Of a stretch of 64,000 bases of DNA, positions 1 to 14,114 are shown one piece after another. Below the pieces are notes generated by a model. That model was given only the letters and a program-made list of their open reading frames with translations, had not been told where the DNA came from and made no database searches. Position numbers and translations under genes: made by a program. The stretch spans positions 27,753-91,752 of the forward strand of contig DF237090.1 of NCBI GenBank assembly GCA_000708835.1, written 5' to 3'. The stretch is from Klebsormidium nitens. Lineage: Eukaryota > Plantae > Klebsormidiophyceae. Each line of letters opens with the position of its first letter. Position 1 is the stretch's first letter.

Positions 1-3000
1 TGGCTTGCCGGCTCTGCTTTTGGCGATTGCAGACTGTGGGCATGAGCCGCCGTCCGGGCAGGCGGATGACTGACGTCATCAGTGTCTGAGTCCGGGAACT
101 CGATGGGCTCGGCCTGGGATTGGCCTGGGACGTTAGGGCTGACGATTGCAAGGCCGCGGGCCGCTTTCTGCAAAAGACAAGGTATGTCAGATGCTTAGAT
201 TGGAACGCGTATACTCCTACATTCCCTAATAAGACACGACCCTTCGACCAAAGCCAGCATCCAGTATAGGACACGCTCTGGTCTCCGCACCAGCGCTGGT
301 CTGTTTGATAGTACACCAATGGAAGCCGAGTCTGCTTCACATAGATGCGGACCTTGGGCCTTGGACTCTAATCTATCTGAATGAAGCGCATTCGAGATCC
401 CGGGCATGTCTGCAAGTTCGTCACAAAGTTGCAAAGTCGCTGCGGAAGCGGTTTGATTCAAAACCGGCTGCAGAAATACTGAGTGCAGAATGGATTTGAT
501 CACTCGGATCATCCTTAACATGGACGACAGAAGCAAAACCAAGAACGGACCCTCAGAATTGACTCTCGACAACCCGTCCTTGTCAATTCGTCGCAGAAGG
601 GAGTCGGCAGAAGACGCAGTCTGGACGAACGGACAATCGAGGAACCATGATACCGCAACCACCCAGGGGCGTGAACGCTAGTATCACATCTCTGATTTCG
701 GACTCTGTAGCAAACGACGCTTCGAGTGCAGATTACCCTCCGCAATCAGACTTTGCGAACCTGGACATATGACCACTGAAGAGAGCTGCGTCGCCGTCGC
801 TCCTGTAGGCTTCGTGAGAAACAAACTTCTTAAGAAAGTCAAACGCTAAAAACGATAATTTGAACAGCAAAAAGCCGGCTCACCAGGCCTTCTTCTTGAA
901 GCAACAGATCCACGTTGCCGAACCAGGACGCCTCGCGGTAGTGCGCGTGCTTCTCGCCCAGCTTGTCGCCCGGCTCCAGCTGGATGGTTGAAAAACTGTC
1001 CGACTTGAGCGCGCCGCGCGCGGGGGCGAGCGAGCGATGCAGAGCCCACTGCACACAGTGTCAAGTGTCACGCGCAAGCAGCATCCAGGTGAAACTTCAC
1101 GCTCGATTCAGTTGTTGAAACGAATCAAAAATGCTGGTCATGATGCGAAGAAGGGCTTCTATCCCTTGCACATCCAGCAGCAGTAGCAGATCACAGCCTT
1201 TATAAGTCGCAGTGGTCGAAAGTTGAGAGGAAGCACAGGATCGACCGCACAACAAGCTCGGAGGAAGCGCCGTTATTTTCTGACGTTCCAAGGCAAAACC
1301 CTGAACTCCAGCAACCTGTTGGTCAACCACGATCAGCAGCTGCAATGGTCCTACCTTTGAGTCTTGCTTGACCGGGGTCGTCTCCCCATAGCGCCCCTTT
1401 TTAGAGGCACCAGCGGTATCCTCTTTCTGATGATTCCTCTGATCTGCAGTCCTCTCTTTTCTCTTTGCAGGCCCGCTTCTTCCATTGGTCGCCCTCTTCC
1501 GTTTCGCCGCCTTCTTTCTGCCGTGCGCCCTCCTTGCTTTTTGATTTAGCTCCTCTTCGAAATCCGGGTCGCTATCCTTGTCCTCATCGGAAGATTCTTC
1601 GTGAGAAGAGAGGTCGCTAAGATCAATTTCGGCTTGCTTGATTGTAAAGATGGTCTCGCATACTACGCCCGTTTCCGTTCTCAATTCCTCTTCCCAATTT
1701 CTGCAAGCTTCCTTCACTTTGGGCCGTTCCTTGAACTCGAACCTTGCGCCCTCGACAGACGTGCTAGAGGCTGTCGTCTCGTACAGGCAGGCCACGACTG
1801 GAGACTTGTCCGTGGCTCGCGCTGCTAGATGCCACCTGCAGAATTCAAAAGATAATTCAGTGTGAGGAAGTATGACTATCTAACCAAATGGCGCTGTCAG
1901 GAGAGCGAAAGCTGTAAGCTAGTCTTACTAACCCTTGGATCCTTACAAAGTTAGAGAGATGGCGCACAGAATGCGTGCAACGCCCCACATCGTTTGTGAC
2001 ACAGAACACAGCAATTTTGAGAATCTGTTGCTCCAGGCCCACCATTTTGATGGAGTCTGAGACACCAGCTTGGATTCTGGCACTACAGACATGCTGCAGT
2101 CTCAAAGAAAAAGTGCCTTTCTGACAGCTGTCATCGCAAGGGTTGACAGCTGTTCCCATCAAGCCCACAGAAAGAACCCTGGCATCAGGATAGCCGAGAA
2201 TCCAACCTGGTGATTCTCGACAGCAACATCTATTATCGCAGAACGATTTAGAAAAGCAACCCCTTGACAAGACTTCAAAGAGTTCAACGGCTGAAGTTTT
2301 CAAAGACACATGAAGTTATTTCCCTACAGAAAGGCACTCTTCTGAGAATCATAGCACGATCATGCCACCTCAGTAATGGTCAACACAGAGGTCTGCTGAA
2401 ACTCACCGATCACTTGATGTTGTGGTGCCGTCCACGCTGTTCTCTGTCAGAAATTCTTGGTCCGCCCAGTTGACCGTCACCGCTTGGAACTCCTGCCCGG
2501 GCTCCGCCAGAAAGTAGAACCCAGCTTCCACCGGCACCTTCCCCCCATGCACTAAGTAACGAGCTGCCACCCAGAAAGGAAAGCACCACCAAATGTCCTT
2601 GTTTGCCAGCTCCAGAGTCATTCTTTTGATTATCACACAGGAGTTTCCTGAGCTTTTGGCCATTTTGAGCTCCACTGTCCCAGTTTCAGAGTCGACACGC
2701 ATCACCACTCCTTGCAAGCAAGAGGGCCTGCGGCCAATGTCTGATGCTTCGTACAGAGGGACCCTTCACTGAAGAGGACGCACGTGCCCATTGAGCTGCA
2801 CAACAGATGTTCTTGGCCGCCCAAACTAGTTCCCTCGCTGTCCCCTGTGTAAATGCTGATAGCGCGGCTGCCCACATCAGATTTCTTTGTACCTGCTTCA
2901 TTTGTGCCCGCATTTTGAGTGCCCATATTGCCCAGATTGCATGGGACAATGAGATCTTGGTGGGCAGACAGCCACTCTCCGCCACGCACAAAGATGGGTG

Positions 3001-3060
3001 TATCAATGTTGTCAAGGGGAGAAAGGCAGTCGGGCAATTCCCCTTTCTTCTGCCATTGCC
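1..3060 (-). CDS. Multi-exon hypothetical protein, runs off the left edge; acidic and basic low-complexity region, possible BAH-like segment
   Basis: Phase-consistent exons 2407-2563, 1355-1835, 884-1048 and ~551-677, all with GT/AG boundaries (e.g. ...TTTSSDR|WHLAARATDK...KQDSK|WALHRS...LQEEGL|RSRPWVVAVSWFLDCP). There is a probable donor at 2893 and a further exon at 1-167. The 5' end and the junctions below 551 are unresolved. Confidence 0.5.
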
Positions 3061-3880
3061 GCGCCTCGTAGCCCAGAGCTCTTGCGGTGAGCCACAGCCT
3101 GGGCCAGAAGTGGTTGAATGCATGGGGCCCAGTTGTCAGCTTCCTTGCAGGATTTGCCATCTCGAAATTTCAGGCTTTTCAGACCCTTGGCCACCCTACA
3201 AGCTGGCCCACATCGGGACTGAAAGCGACAGCGTCAATGTAACTTGATTCTCTGCACCATTGGTTGTGCTCTCCCCAGCAGCGCAACTGAGGGACAGCAT
3301 TGTCGACAATTTCCGCCAATGCAGCGCCACGAAATGGTCACCTGCTAAGCCTAAGCAATCCGGAGACAGACATGCCCTCGCAATGCTGATCAACAGTTAC
3401 AAGAAGAACATGCTCTGGAACAAGCTGCGGCTGGGCATCATGATCAGCATTGTCAACAGGAGGTCAACAGCATCCTTCCATTTGGCATTCCTTTCTTCGA
3501 TCTCGAAAAGCTTCAAAGTTCGACCATTGGCATTGGAAAGGCACTTCCCCGGTGGTTGTACACCCCCGGGGCTTCTCCCAGCTGCCGTCTATTGGGACGG
3601 CGATTCCCCACGTCGACGGCGCATTACCGTGATATGTCCCTAGACTTGGTTTTAGAGGGATAGGCACCTATTTTGCTCGGGGAACTGGCAGCCAGTGTCA
3701 ATGGGCCAGTGGCGTCTTTTCTGTCTCACACGCAGCGCTGCTGTTGATCACTGAATAGCTGGCTCCGGGTGCCCAGCCCGGTCTTACCCCAGCATTAAAA
3801 AAAATAATGAATTTATCTGCTGCAAATTGCAATGCAGCAAATGGCGAGATTGTGGTCAGCTGGCTGGAGCATTGCCATTA

Positions 3881-6800
3881 ATGTCAGCTGGAAATGCCGC
3901 ATCTTTGTTTGTCAATATGGCAGCAAAACATCACTCTCTGCTGGGGTCCTCTCCTTGCAGCAGGTTTCAAAGGGACCTCTGTCGTTCAGAGGAAGCTGTT
4001 CAGCGCTTGCCAAGCTGCTTAAGCTTGTCCCAGGCCTTAGAGAATCGAAGTAACCTGCTGATACCAAAACCATGTCAGCATTCTGCTGCCGCCAGCTTCA
4101 AACAGCTCAAGAATGGCCCCTGCGTACTCAAAAAATGGCCTAATGGAAACTTTCATCAAGTGCTGTTGCGAAAACTTTGTAAAAGGAGGTTCAAAGTTAC
4201 AACCGCGAGGGCCGGGGGGGATGAAGACCGGCCACCGTCAAGTAGCGACGACGAGCTTGCGAGCCAGTTTGCTAGGTTTGTCAATGAATCAATGCAGGTA
4301 AGCAAGCGAGGGCAATTGACTGCCGGTGTAATGGTGCGAGATGCTCTGCAAGCACGTGTGCCCGTCAGTTTGTTCCTATGCCACAAGCACTCATCATGTA
4401 CAACAATCTGAAATTGTTTCATGCTGTGAAGGACGCATCTACTTTTGGCTTCCGATTCACTGCTGTGCTGTTAAAGCAATGGCGATCAGATGTGCCACCC
4501 TCGAACAGTTGGGCGTTGTGCATTGGAATCTGCCCGCGGAAAGAACACTTTGAACTGTGCCCTTAACGACCTGTTATCTGCTGCAAATGAGGAGCGCTAT
4601 GTTACCCACATTATTCTCACTTGAGTAATAGGAACAATTGTAACCATGCCCACTCGCCTTTGCCGCGTCACTGGGCAGCTTCTCTGGCTCAAATTGCCTA
4701 GCTCAGGACAGCTGCAACCCTCTGCTCTAAGTTTTGTCAACCTGGGACCGTGCAGGCTGTTGCATCACCAGTCCGGAGGCCCACTGCTCTTCTGCCGCCC
4801 ACCGCAGTCATCCGCGCCCAGATGGAAGCTCTCCAGCGGAACGACTATCCAGAAGTGAACGCCGGCATCAAGGTTGCTTTCGACTTTGCAAAGCCCCAGG
4901 GGGTGGAAGAGTTTACGATGGGAAAGGTGGGCAGCTCTCCGTCTTGTCGTGATCGATGTCTTTGCAATCTCCTCTTGAATACGACCTGAAGACGCCAGAA
5001 GTCTTCTAGCCCGGACACAAGCCCGATAGGACCAGACCACCGCACAAAGTCACTCCAACTCGCGTCCCGTTAGTCCTCTTGGTCTACCTTGCTCGCAACT
5101 CGCTCAATCATGCCATCGAAGTCTGCCCAAATGGTAGAAACAAGACACCTCTAAAACGCTGGTCGGATATCCCCATCATGAATCCTTTCACAAGTTGTGT
5201 CATGAGTGTTTGCTTTTCCATGTAGGGGCAGCCCGTGGTGAAGGCGTGCCGGACCTGGGAGGCCAGCGAGCGCTACCTGAGTATGGACGGCTTTGAGCTG
5301 ATGCTAAGACAGCCCATGTACAGCGCACTAATAAACTGCACCAGCTGGGAGGTAGGTGAACGTCAATCTCAATTTGAAGTCGTCCCTCTTGAACTCCTTT
5401 GATCTCCCACAGAACAATCATCTTGCTGGCCGCCCGTTTGCTTTCCCGACTATTTCTCTCATCATTCTTTGACTTCTGTGGTGAGAGGTGAAAGATAGAG
5501 AAAAACTGCGCCTTTGTGGGTGTGATTTGCAGAGAACTGCTCCCGACACATTGCAACAAGTCAAGACTCCAAATCCATGGTTGTGAGAGGCCACAGTTAA
5601 ATGTGTGCGAACGATGGGGAGGCAATCTCCCTTTTCATTTTGTTCCTATGGAATGTTGGCCTTTGATACAGGTAGCACGAGACTTTGGTTCTGGACACAA
5701 AAGTCCTGAAACACTGTAAACAGCCACTAATAGCCGAAGCTCTCAGTCCAAAGACCTTGCTTGCCTTCGGGGACCAGATATCGTTGGCTTCAATCTATTG
5801 AACGTTGCAACAGATTATCTTCTTAGCATAAGAACGACGGGAGCTGTTCATTCGTTTGCGAGGCGCTTTACAACCACAAACTCAACATTCCGGACGCTGT
5901 CGGACGACTGTTGTTTGATGTGGAAACGAATGCGTGTCCGGGAGCTTCATCTTTCGACGACATTCTGCAGAAAAAACCCGGTGTTGTATGCAAAAATTGG
6001 CTAGATTTGCTTGGACCTCTGTAATCCCTTGATCTCCCAACAGTTGCTCTGGGGGATCGTAGAATCCCTTACACACAGGTTGGCGTCGCCCAAGAGAAGC
6101 TGGGCCGTTTGCCTCCTCAAAATGACCGGAGGCAGAACACGGTCATTGATCCAGAGCTTCTACTCTTGGTGCAGATCAGCTCTGCTCTAAAGTTCCATGG
6201 CCGAGGCGATAACCGGGCAGTGCAAGCAGTCAAAGTGACGGCGCCAGTGGAGGCCGCGGGGAAAGAACCGAGCGCGAGAACGTACTCCTACACCTTCTGT
6301 ATGGAACGGGTGAGCAACGATGCCTCAGAGCTGACGCGAAGCGTGGTTTATTCTTTCGAAAACGGAAAACTAAATTGCTCTGCTATACCCTATCGAAGGA
6401 GAGGGAAGCTCACTTCTGTAGGCAGGGACGAGCGTGAGCAGAAGGAAACGGGTTGCTTTATGAGGTCTGTTTCCTGCAAGCAAGGTCTTCACTCCATGTT
6501 GATAACTAATGTGAGTTCCATCCGCGGGATTGGCAGCAAGAGTAGGGGCATAAATGGCTCGAAGTAAGAAAGAGCTGCCAGCCGTGTGTCAGCGGGATAG
6601 AACAAGGTTGCGAGGGTGCGCGTCATCCTTTCTGTAACTCGTGGAACACCGCTGAAGTATACCACGAATCGGGCGCATTAAGTCGACAGTCTCACCATTG
6701 GATTGCTGTTGCGAACCTTCAAAGGGAGGCGATCGAGAGTAATATTCTCGCCCCAGATCACTGGTCAATACTAGGCCCGCTGGTAATCCGGTCAGCCCTG

Positions 6801-7093
6801 ATCTTGTTTATTAATGCTCGTGTTCCCTACAACGGTTCCGACAGCATTTGGAGCTTGTCAACCCCAGTCAAGACTCTCCCATGGAGTGTGGGGGGAAGGC
6901 CTCATAGCATCTGTCACTCAAGGTAGCGTCGAAGACATTCCAACCAGAGTCGATAACACATGTTAAGCTTCGTTGTCCTCTCCTCTCCTTGCAGATAGAA
7001 ACGGGCGCATACAAGGGCTGCTGGCTAACGGTGGGCCTACGGCTGGGGGACTACACCGTCGAACCTCCAAACGAGTCACGAGAAGTGACGTGA
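3881..7093 (+). CDS. DUF4864-like (NTF2/SnoaL-like) protein with probable plastid transit peptide
   Basis: Exons 3881-4297, 4755-4928, 5226-5351, 6175-6309 and 6995-7093, all phase 0. Motifs AQMEALQRNDYPEVNAGIKVAFDFAKP, RAVQAVKVTA and YKGCWLTVG match this plant/cyanobacterial family. The long N-terminus is rich in Ser, Cys and basic residues. Confidence 0.75.
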
Positions 7094-8156
7094 CCGACAC
7101 CTTTCGTTTTCGATTCAGGATGAAGCTGCTTTTGCGCGCTGTCTGTATTATCAAAGCTGCCCAATCATGCAGTCGGACCTCCCTCTGCGTCGTCGCCCAG
7201 CGCTTGAGTTTACCGGGTGGCCAGGCACTGACTTGCCCCAATTGTCTGTCATTACCGACGGGGCTGCACAGCCGAGGGTGGATAAACACACATGCTAATC
7301 TGGTCCGGGCACCCGGCCACTCATTGTGTCTGCTGCCGCCAGAGCTGTCATATAGGGCAAATGATCGTCGCTTCTTCACCGTGGCACTGTGACAATACAC
7401 TCAGAGCGCCACATGGCTGCATATGGATGGCCGGCATGCTTGCACCGGTCGTTTTCTTTCTTGCATCTACGAGCGTCCGCAGGCGGCCTACTACTTTGCA
7501 AAGCGCATGTGCCTCATTGTGTAAAGCTAGTCGATCGGTCGAGTCTGCATTGGGCAGATGCGGTGATGGCTGCCGCATATATGGCGGCCATTCCTACGGA
7601 CGTGCAATTAAGTGGCCCAGCTCCATGTAGACTTATTTTGAAGGCCACTCGTGCAGCTACATAGGCGGCGGCCGATGATAACCATTTGCGATCAGCGATT
7701 GCGATCGTTGTGACCACTGCGCGCCACAGCTTAATCGCTGACGAAAGCCGCAGTTTCGGCGGCAGGGCGAATGTGTGGGCATGCGCATCGACATGGTGAA
7801 AGCTGCCGGTGCGCTCGGCGTCAGACACCGCGTGCCGCACAGCTACCTGCACGTATGTCACAGGTTACGTAGTCTTCATGATCGAAAACTCTGAAATACT
7901 TTGATCGTGACAATGGCGGGACGAGAGGACTGCAACCGACCGGAGGCGCCACCGAAGCGGTTCCTTGAAGCGAGGTTGGCAGTAGCGCATCTGCACTTAA
8001 CGAGGGCATCATTGTTGACAACCACAAGCCATGCCGTCACTCTACGCGCCCGAATCCCGCTTGCAATCAACCAGTATTTGCCACTGGCATCAAAGGGCCT
8101 GCTGAAATCAAAAGTAAGCATAATGTACAAAGGCAGGATGAAAGAGTGGCTCTGTG

Positions 8157-10231
8157 CTACTGCTGCATCACATCGTGTCCCCTGTCCCCTTCTAATTGCA
8201 TCATGTCGTCTGCCCGCACGACGTCCGACTCCACTTTTTGCTGCGGCGCTTCCTCCTCCTTGTCCTGGTCGAAGTTGATCGGAAATTTCGTGACCCTGGG
8301 CTTGTCTGCCAGGATCACCCGTTGCAGCTTGTCTAGTTGTACTCTGGCAGGCGGCTCTTCTCGTAGCTCCTCGTCAATGTACTCGTTGTTTACGTAGTAG
8401 CCTACTCTAATGAACTCCTGACCCCGATATGAGCATGTGAGCAGCAGGACAGTGACCCCCACGATGTCGCCCTCTGGAATCTTCGACGGATCAGGAGGAT
8501 CGGCCTGTAAAGTAAATCGATATTAAAAAGACGACAAAGGTCGTGCACCAAAATCTTCGCAATGGGGCATATAAGACAGGGGTGGCTTGACCCCCAAGAC
8601 GAGATTCCATATCAGAGTGCACGGCAGTGCCTTTGCAGAGACCCAACTTTAGAGGACGACACAAAAAGAATTGTTGATTGAGCCGTGATAGCAAATTTGG
8701 GAGGCTGTATCAAGGGCCCCACGCAAACCACAGATTAATTCATTAATCTCAATTAATCCCATAGCTATCAGTGGGCTGTATAAAAGTCGAATCAGGAGGG
8801 GTTTGTTATGCGACTCTGTCTTAAGGATAAACCAACTGCGACCATAAAGCATGGTTCCCTGTATCTCGAAAGAATGGTCACAACTGTATCTTACTGAACT
8901 CTTCCCCACAACAATCCCTCGACATCAATGACCAGCATGCCACCTCAGAAACAGGCCAGCTTACTTCAAAAGAGTTGATCCAACTTGGCATTTCAACTTG
9001 GCATGCCCTTGTACGTGCAAAGTTGATCAGGAAATAGTTGCATTTAGAAACTCAAAGCATTTCTGCCACGCTTTGACGGAAATTCTGGCTGAGACCGTTT
9101 ACTTGCAGATCTGTTGAAAAGTGCATTTCATACGAGCACACGGAGAAACTCACCTGGAAGACAAAGCGAAAGCTCCCCATATTCACGGGCCCCACGAGCA
9201 CACTTTCCAGCGTCTGATCGTACTTTTCGTCCTCGGCAGACCCCACGTACACCAGCTTCCACTCCAGGTCTGCAGATAGTCACATTCAGCGGCACTTGAG
9301 AAGCAGATTCTACAACAACCAGACAGAACCTTTGCATAGTGCTGGTGAAAAGACAATAGAAGCCGTAAAGCTTCTGATGTGCAAGAATGATTTATCCCAG
9401 CGGTTAACGCTCTTGAGAAATGTACATGCTCCATATATTCAGCCAGGCACAAATGAGAAAATGGAAACACGCAGATGAGAGCACCCCAGAAGGTAAAACC
9501 ACTGTCGTGTATCAAGGAAGTTCTGGCTTTGAAAGCCTAAGTCGCACAGCCTTTGCGAGCATTGATTTGGTTTCCCATCTTTCCAATAGATGGCTCCTTT
9601 TCAAGCAAGCACGTCTCAAGAGGACACGGAAAATAACTCTGTCAAATAATAATCATGGCAGCTAACATGGTTCTTATGGCGTGCAAGTACCTAGTTTAAT
9701 CTGGTTAAACCACACCAGATGAACTGAAAGATAACCAACCATGGCTTGGTTTGAGATCAAGAACACAAACAAACAGGTCCAAAACTTCTTCCAGCAAGTC
9801 GTTTCAACAAAATGAACCTTTTGTCTGGCACGGTCGAGCCTCCAAGTCAATGAACCTTCGTTAGCAACATGCCGCAGGCTTGTCTAACTTTAATTTCAGA
9901 CAACCTACTTCTCCACAACCTCGAACCTGGTGTAGCAGTCAGTATGGATTAGCCCTATAGGCTGCTTGTGCTCTGAAAGCACCGAAGAGTTCTACTGAGC
10001 AAAATGCTGCCAAAGCTTTCACCCATTGGTCTTCTACTGAAGGGGAATAAGCAGACCAGTTGCGATAAGTTATAGCTTGAAACAAAAACAGTCTAAGCTC
10101 GCGCAGGCAACGAGCTACTCACCATCTTGAAGATTGTGTAGACATTCGTAGGATATCTCAAATTGGAAGGGGTTTGTGAACATGCTTGGGTTGTCGAGCA
10201 CCACCACACTGGTCACATTGATGGCGCTCAT
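8157..10231 (-). CDS. ASF1: Histone H3-H4 chaperone ASF1 (190 aa)
   Basis: Exons 10123-10231, 9154-9269 and 8157-8504 join in frame: MSAINVTSVVVLDNPSMFTNPFQFEISYECL...DLEWKLVYVGSAEDEKYDQTLESVLVGPV...GVTVLLLTCSYRGQEFIRVGYYVNNEY...KPRVTKFPINFD. Confidence 0.97.
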
Positions 10232-11285
10232 GCTGCTTGATGCACCACCGCTGCGCTACCTGGGGACTGTCTTCTATTGACACCAGTTACAATGTGACTG
10301 TCTCACCAAGGGAGGCACAATCCTGCTATAACGCTCCTAGGAAGGGGGTCTGCAATGCAAGCTCTGACGCTCCTGAAGTTGCCAGAATGTAATCCGCCAA
10401 ATTGACAATCAATCAAAATCAAGACGGTTGCAGGACTTGCGCGAGGTTACTCCTGGGAGATCGTATGCAAAACAATCAAATTGGTGGCGCTGAGTGGCTG
10501 CTTGCAGCCTGTCGCCGCGGATGGGGCACCCGTGGAAGCAGCAGCGATTTTCTGCGTGGCAGCCTTTGTTGAGTGGGCAGATTGTACAGCTAATGAGACG
10601 CGCAGAACGCTTGCAGAAGCAGGTAGAAATTGTGGCACTAGGGCGATAGAATTTTCTGCTTGTGGGAGCGACTGTGGAATTTCTGACTTTCTGTTGTGGG
10701 CTGCGTCTTCTTCTGGTGCTGCCAATGCTGGTCGTACGTCTTCTGAAGTTCTTCCCCCTCCACAGAGTTTGTGCACAGAAATCTGGCGGGAGAGGATTCA
10801 AATTTGGGAGTTTTCAGCTACACCTCTTGCAAGTAACGCTCCACGTGTTTGCAGCACAAGCATTACGTTGCAGCTTCGAGCTCGTTTCGCGGTTCCATTT
10901 GAAACCCCAAACCCTGGGAGCATTCCAAGGTTCCGTTCCGGTGACGTTCCGGGCGGATGTTGCTTGTAAGCACTGCTAGCGGCGTGCGCGCGTATTTAGT
11001 GTTCTGTGGTCTGTACGTTCTGCTTTGCTGCTTTGCTGCTCTGCTGCTTGAGATTGCTCTCTTGTTACAGTAAAATTTTACAACCTGAGGGGCAGCTAGG
11101 CAGCAGCATTGTGCCAGCAACAACCCATTTTCGCAACCTCTAAATGTTACATGTCCGTTGCTACATGAGCTGGGAAAAACGTTAATGGAAAGCTCTGGCT
11201 CTAGCAAACAATCAAACACTCGTCAAGGATTACGCTTGTCTCCGGCATACACTTTACACACGCGTCTTCAACAACTTGAGGACCC

Positions 11286-14114
11286 ATGTCTCGAGCCGCT
11301 GTCAAAAAGCCCTTGCCCCGACTTGCATCTTTCCTCACCACCTTTGGCATCGGCCGCAATGCTGTCGCACTTCACCCTCAGATGGTCGCTCAGGAATTGC
11401 AGGTTGCGCCCGTCCTGAATCTAGATGAGGCGGGCCATGCAAAACGCCTCTCAAGCGCCCTTTTCCAGAAGAAACATGGGCCGCTTCTACTCAGAGCCTC
11501 CCTCCACAATCAATCCTGGCAAACGGGTACAGAAACATTTGGATCACGGGCAGCGGCATCCGATGAGGCGGCATATCTCAAGCTTAAAAATTATCAGCAT
11601 TGCATCGGCATAAGCGGGCGGCCTAGCCCCATAACTTACAGTGCAGTAAGACAGCAGCACAGCAATGCTGCCCCGCATGCGAGCGGTGCTTCGACAACGC
11701 AGGGGGCCAAAAAGGTGCATGGGGAATCCACCGGTGGTAAACAGGAGAACGGCGGTGGGAAACAGGAGACCAACGGGGGTGGAACTGGGAGAGGCTTCTT
11801 TTCCAACCTGCAGGATGTCCCTCTGGTCCCGCTGCTTCTGGGGTTCGCAGGGGCAACCCCTTTCGTCGCTCTTGCGCCACCTGTCGCTCCCCTGCTGCCC
11901 CTGCCAGTAAGTCCTTCCGAATCCCGGCCCCCTAGCGTCCCTTCGTGTCGTACATGTTCTCATGCGCCTGATCAAACACGCTCCAAAAAGGACACCTTTT
12001 GGTTAGTGGTGTCAATACAAAGTATCCAACCGTCATTACTAAGTGGTGTGTGATTCCTGTTATGGTGGTGGCACGCTTCGAACCTGTCGCAACATGTTCC
12101 TGAGGTCGTTGGTTTGAAAAAGAGCAGCTGGTCGACAAAGAGCGCAATGTCGTGTCTGGCCCACTTCTGGGCCCCTTCGCACAATCTTGACGCAGCAGAT
12201 GAGATTTGGCCGGGAACGAACTACATGCGTGGATCCGTTTCAATATCCGCTGTTCAGGAGGACATGCACAAGCGGCGAGCAGACTGGCAAGCTGCGTATG
12301 GAGCGGTGATTGCGTCCTTCCTCGGGGGTGTCCACTGGGGGCTCGCAATGGCGGAGCACGGACACCGGGCCTCCATGGCTAGCTTCTCCATCTCTACGCT
12401 CAGGTAACAGCAGGGCGGGAAGCACTCCTGCTTGCATCATAAGTTGTTTTCCTTCGCGGCATCAGAGGAGGATTGCATAGATTCAGGCGGAAGCCAACTT
12501 GCTGATAAGGATTTCCTTTCAGTTCGCTGGGTTATACGTCAACTTCATCTCGATTTATACGTCAACTTCATTTCGACATCGCCCTTCATAACTTGGCTAC
12601 AATAAATTACAGAAGTATGTCGTGGTTATCTTCCCCCTTGATGTAATCATGACCGGCGTCAGGCAATCTGCACATTCAAGTGTGTCAGTTTTCTCGAAGC
12701 GAAAATAAAAGTCTGCGGTTCTTTAAGATTTTTGTCAATGAGTAGGGCACACTTGCTTGAAAGCTGGATTCGAAAGCAAGGATCCTGCCACTCTGCTTAC
12801 TGCCCTTTCTGCTGGTGCCTCGGTGCAGGTACACCTGGGGCGTCATCCCGTCCCTCCTGGCATGGCCCGCTCTCCTTCTTCCCCCGGCCGGGAAGTTCGC
12901 TGCTCTGAGCGGAATACTCACCCTGGTGAGGCGTCGTGGCTGGACTTGGCAGCTTGTGGTTCACAGAAGCGACCCATCTTGTTCAAGATCAAGTCTGATT
13001 TCCTGTATAGAACGGTCGCTTATAAAACGACTCGGCCGTGATGCGGAAACGGAAACGAAAACGGACTCGACGTTGGATCATAAGCGGCCCTGGAAGCCAT
13101 GCAACTTCTTGCCTCTCCCGAAAGACAGCGGCAATCAGACTTTTGTGCGCCTACTCTGAAAAGGGTGCTCTACGTCACCCCTTGTAATGCGAGGATGAGG
13201 AGATCATCTTGCGCCGGCATCGGTTTTTCGTCTCGTGCACCTGTTGTTCACAACTGTCTTGTTGTTGGACAGTCCTTCCTGGTGGACGCTGGATTCGCGC
13301 AGCTCAAGCTACTGCCAAAATGGTGAGATTGAAAACGGACCTCGTTGCTCAGGGCTCTCGGTTGGTCAGCCTCTTTTTATAACACCAGTATGTCCTTTTT
13401 CAAAGCCCCACGGCGATGACTGAACTCGTCTGAAGAAAGGGGCGGTTTTCAGGAAGAATAGGGCCTCTCAATGGGCGTTCTGGTATTGAACAGAACGGGG
13501 ATTGAACGACAATCTGTGGGGAAGAGCTTGGCAATGGAAAATCCGGATCAGAAGATGATTGGTTGGAATGCTATCTGAAAGCTATAAATCCGAGAATACG
13601 ATCATCAGGAATGAGTCGCCATACTTCCCACTGTTTGGCTTTCGAGAGTGTGAGTGCCAGCCCTTTGAAAGAAACGAATGGTTGTAGGCGTAGCTGATTG
13701 GATTGCCTTCTACCAGTGGAAAGCTTTTCGCTTTCTCTTGACAAAGCAGCTGCCTGACCTCTACGTCTGACCTATTTACAGCAATTAGGACACCTCGCGG
13801 CTCTCATGCATTGACATCAACCCTCATATCATTAGGAGCTTTACGGAGGGGGCCTATACGCAGGTCATTCGAGAGGAAGATTCTCCCGACTCAATCAGGT
13901 TTTTCTGGCGCTTTCAACGAGGAATTGTCTTCTTACTGCGTGCAGGTACATGCCCCTCCGCGTCTCCCTGACGGTGCTGGCTGTGGGCAGTTTGATATCA
14001 TCGTGGTCGTTAGCGGCCGTCAAGTCAACGTACGACATGGCTCGAAACCCAGTGAAAGTCAAAGAGGAGCGGTCTCCAGAAGTGAAAGTCACGCCAGAAA
14101 GCAAAGCGCTCTGA
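11286..14114 (+). CDS. TMEM69-like / DUF3429 membrane protein, probably organelle-targeted
   Basis: Exons 11286-11906, 12258-12403, 12829-12925, 13273-13322 and 13946-14114. Hallmarks LGFAGATPF, YGAVIASFLGGVHWG, WGVIPSLLAWPAL, LLPKWYMPLRVSLT. The N-terminal extension is basic and Ala/Ser/Leu-rich. Confidence 0.88.
12532..12575. repeat. ~23-bp imperfect tandem duplication in a TMEM69-like intron
   Basis: TTATACGTCAACTTCAT(C/T)TCGA occurs twice in tandem. Confidence 0.8.

Noticed and set aside
3196-3667. Overlapping minus-strand ORF fragments upstream of the left-edge gene
   Set aside because: They may be 5' exons of that gene, but I could not build a phase-consistent junction or recognise a domain, so no pseudogene or viral call is made.
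7738-7775. CTGACGA, a hammerhead-ribozyme core-like motif followed by a GC-rich stem
   Set aside because: No GAAA closes stem II and no compatible stems I/III with an NUH site are present.
7514-8130. GC-rich ORF-like stretch between the DUF4864-like and ASF1 stop codons
   Set aside because: No coherent exon chain or motif in any frame; most simply explained as convergent 3' UTRs.
10885-10892. E2F-like site TTTCGCGG upstream of ASF1
   Set aside because: Biologically plausible, but this degenerate 8-mer is expected about once per kb, so a single hit is not evidence.
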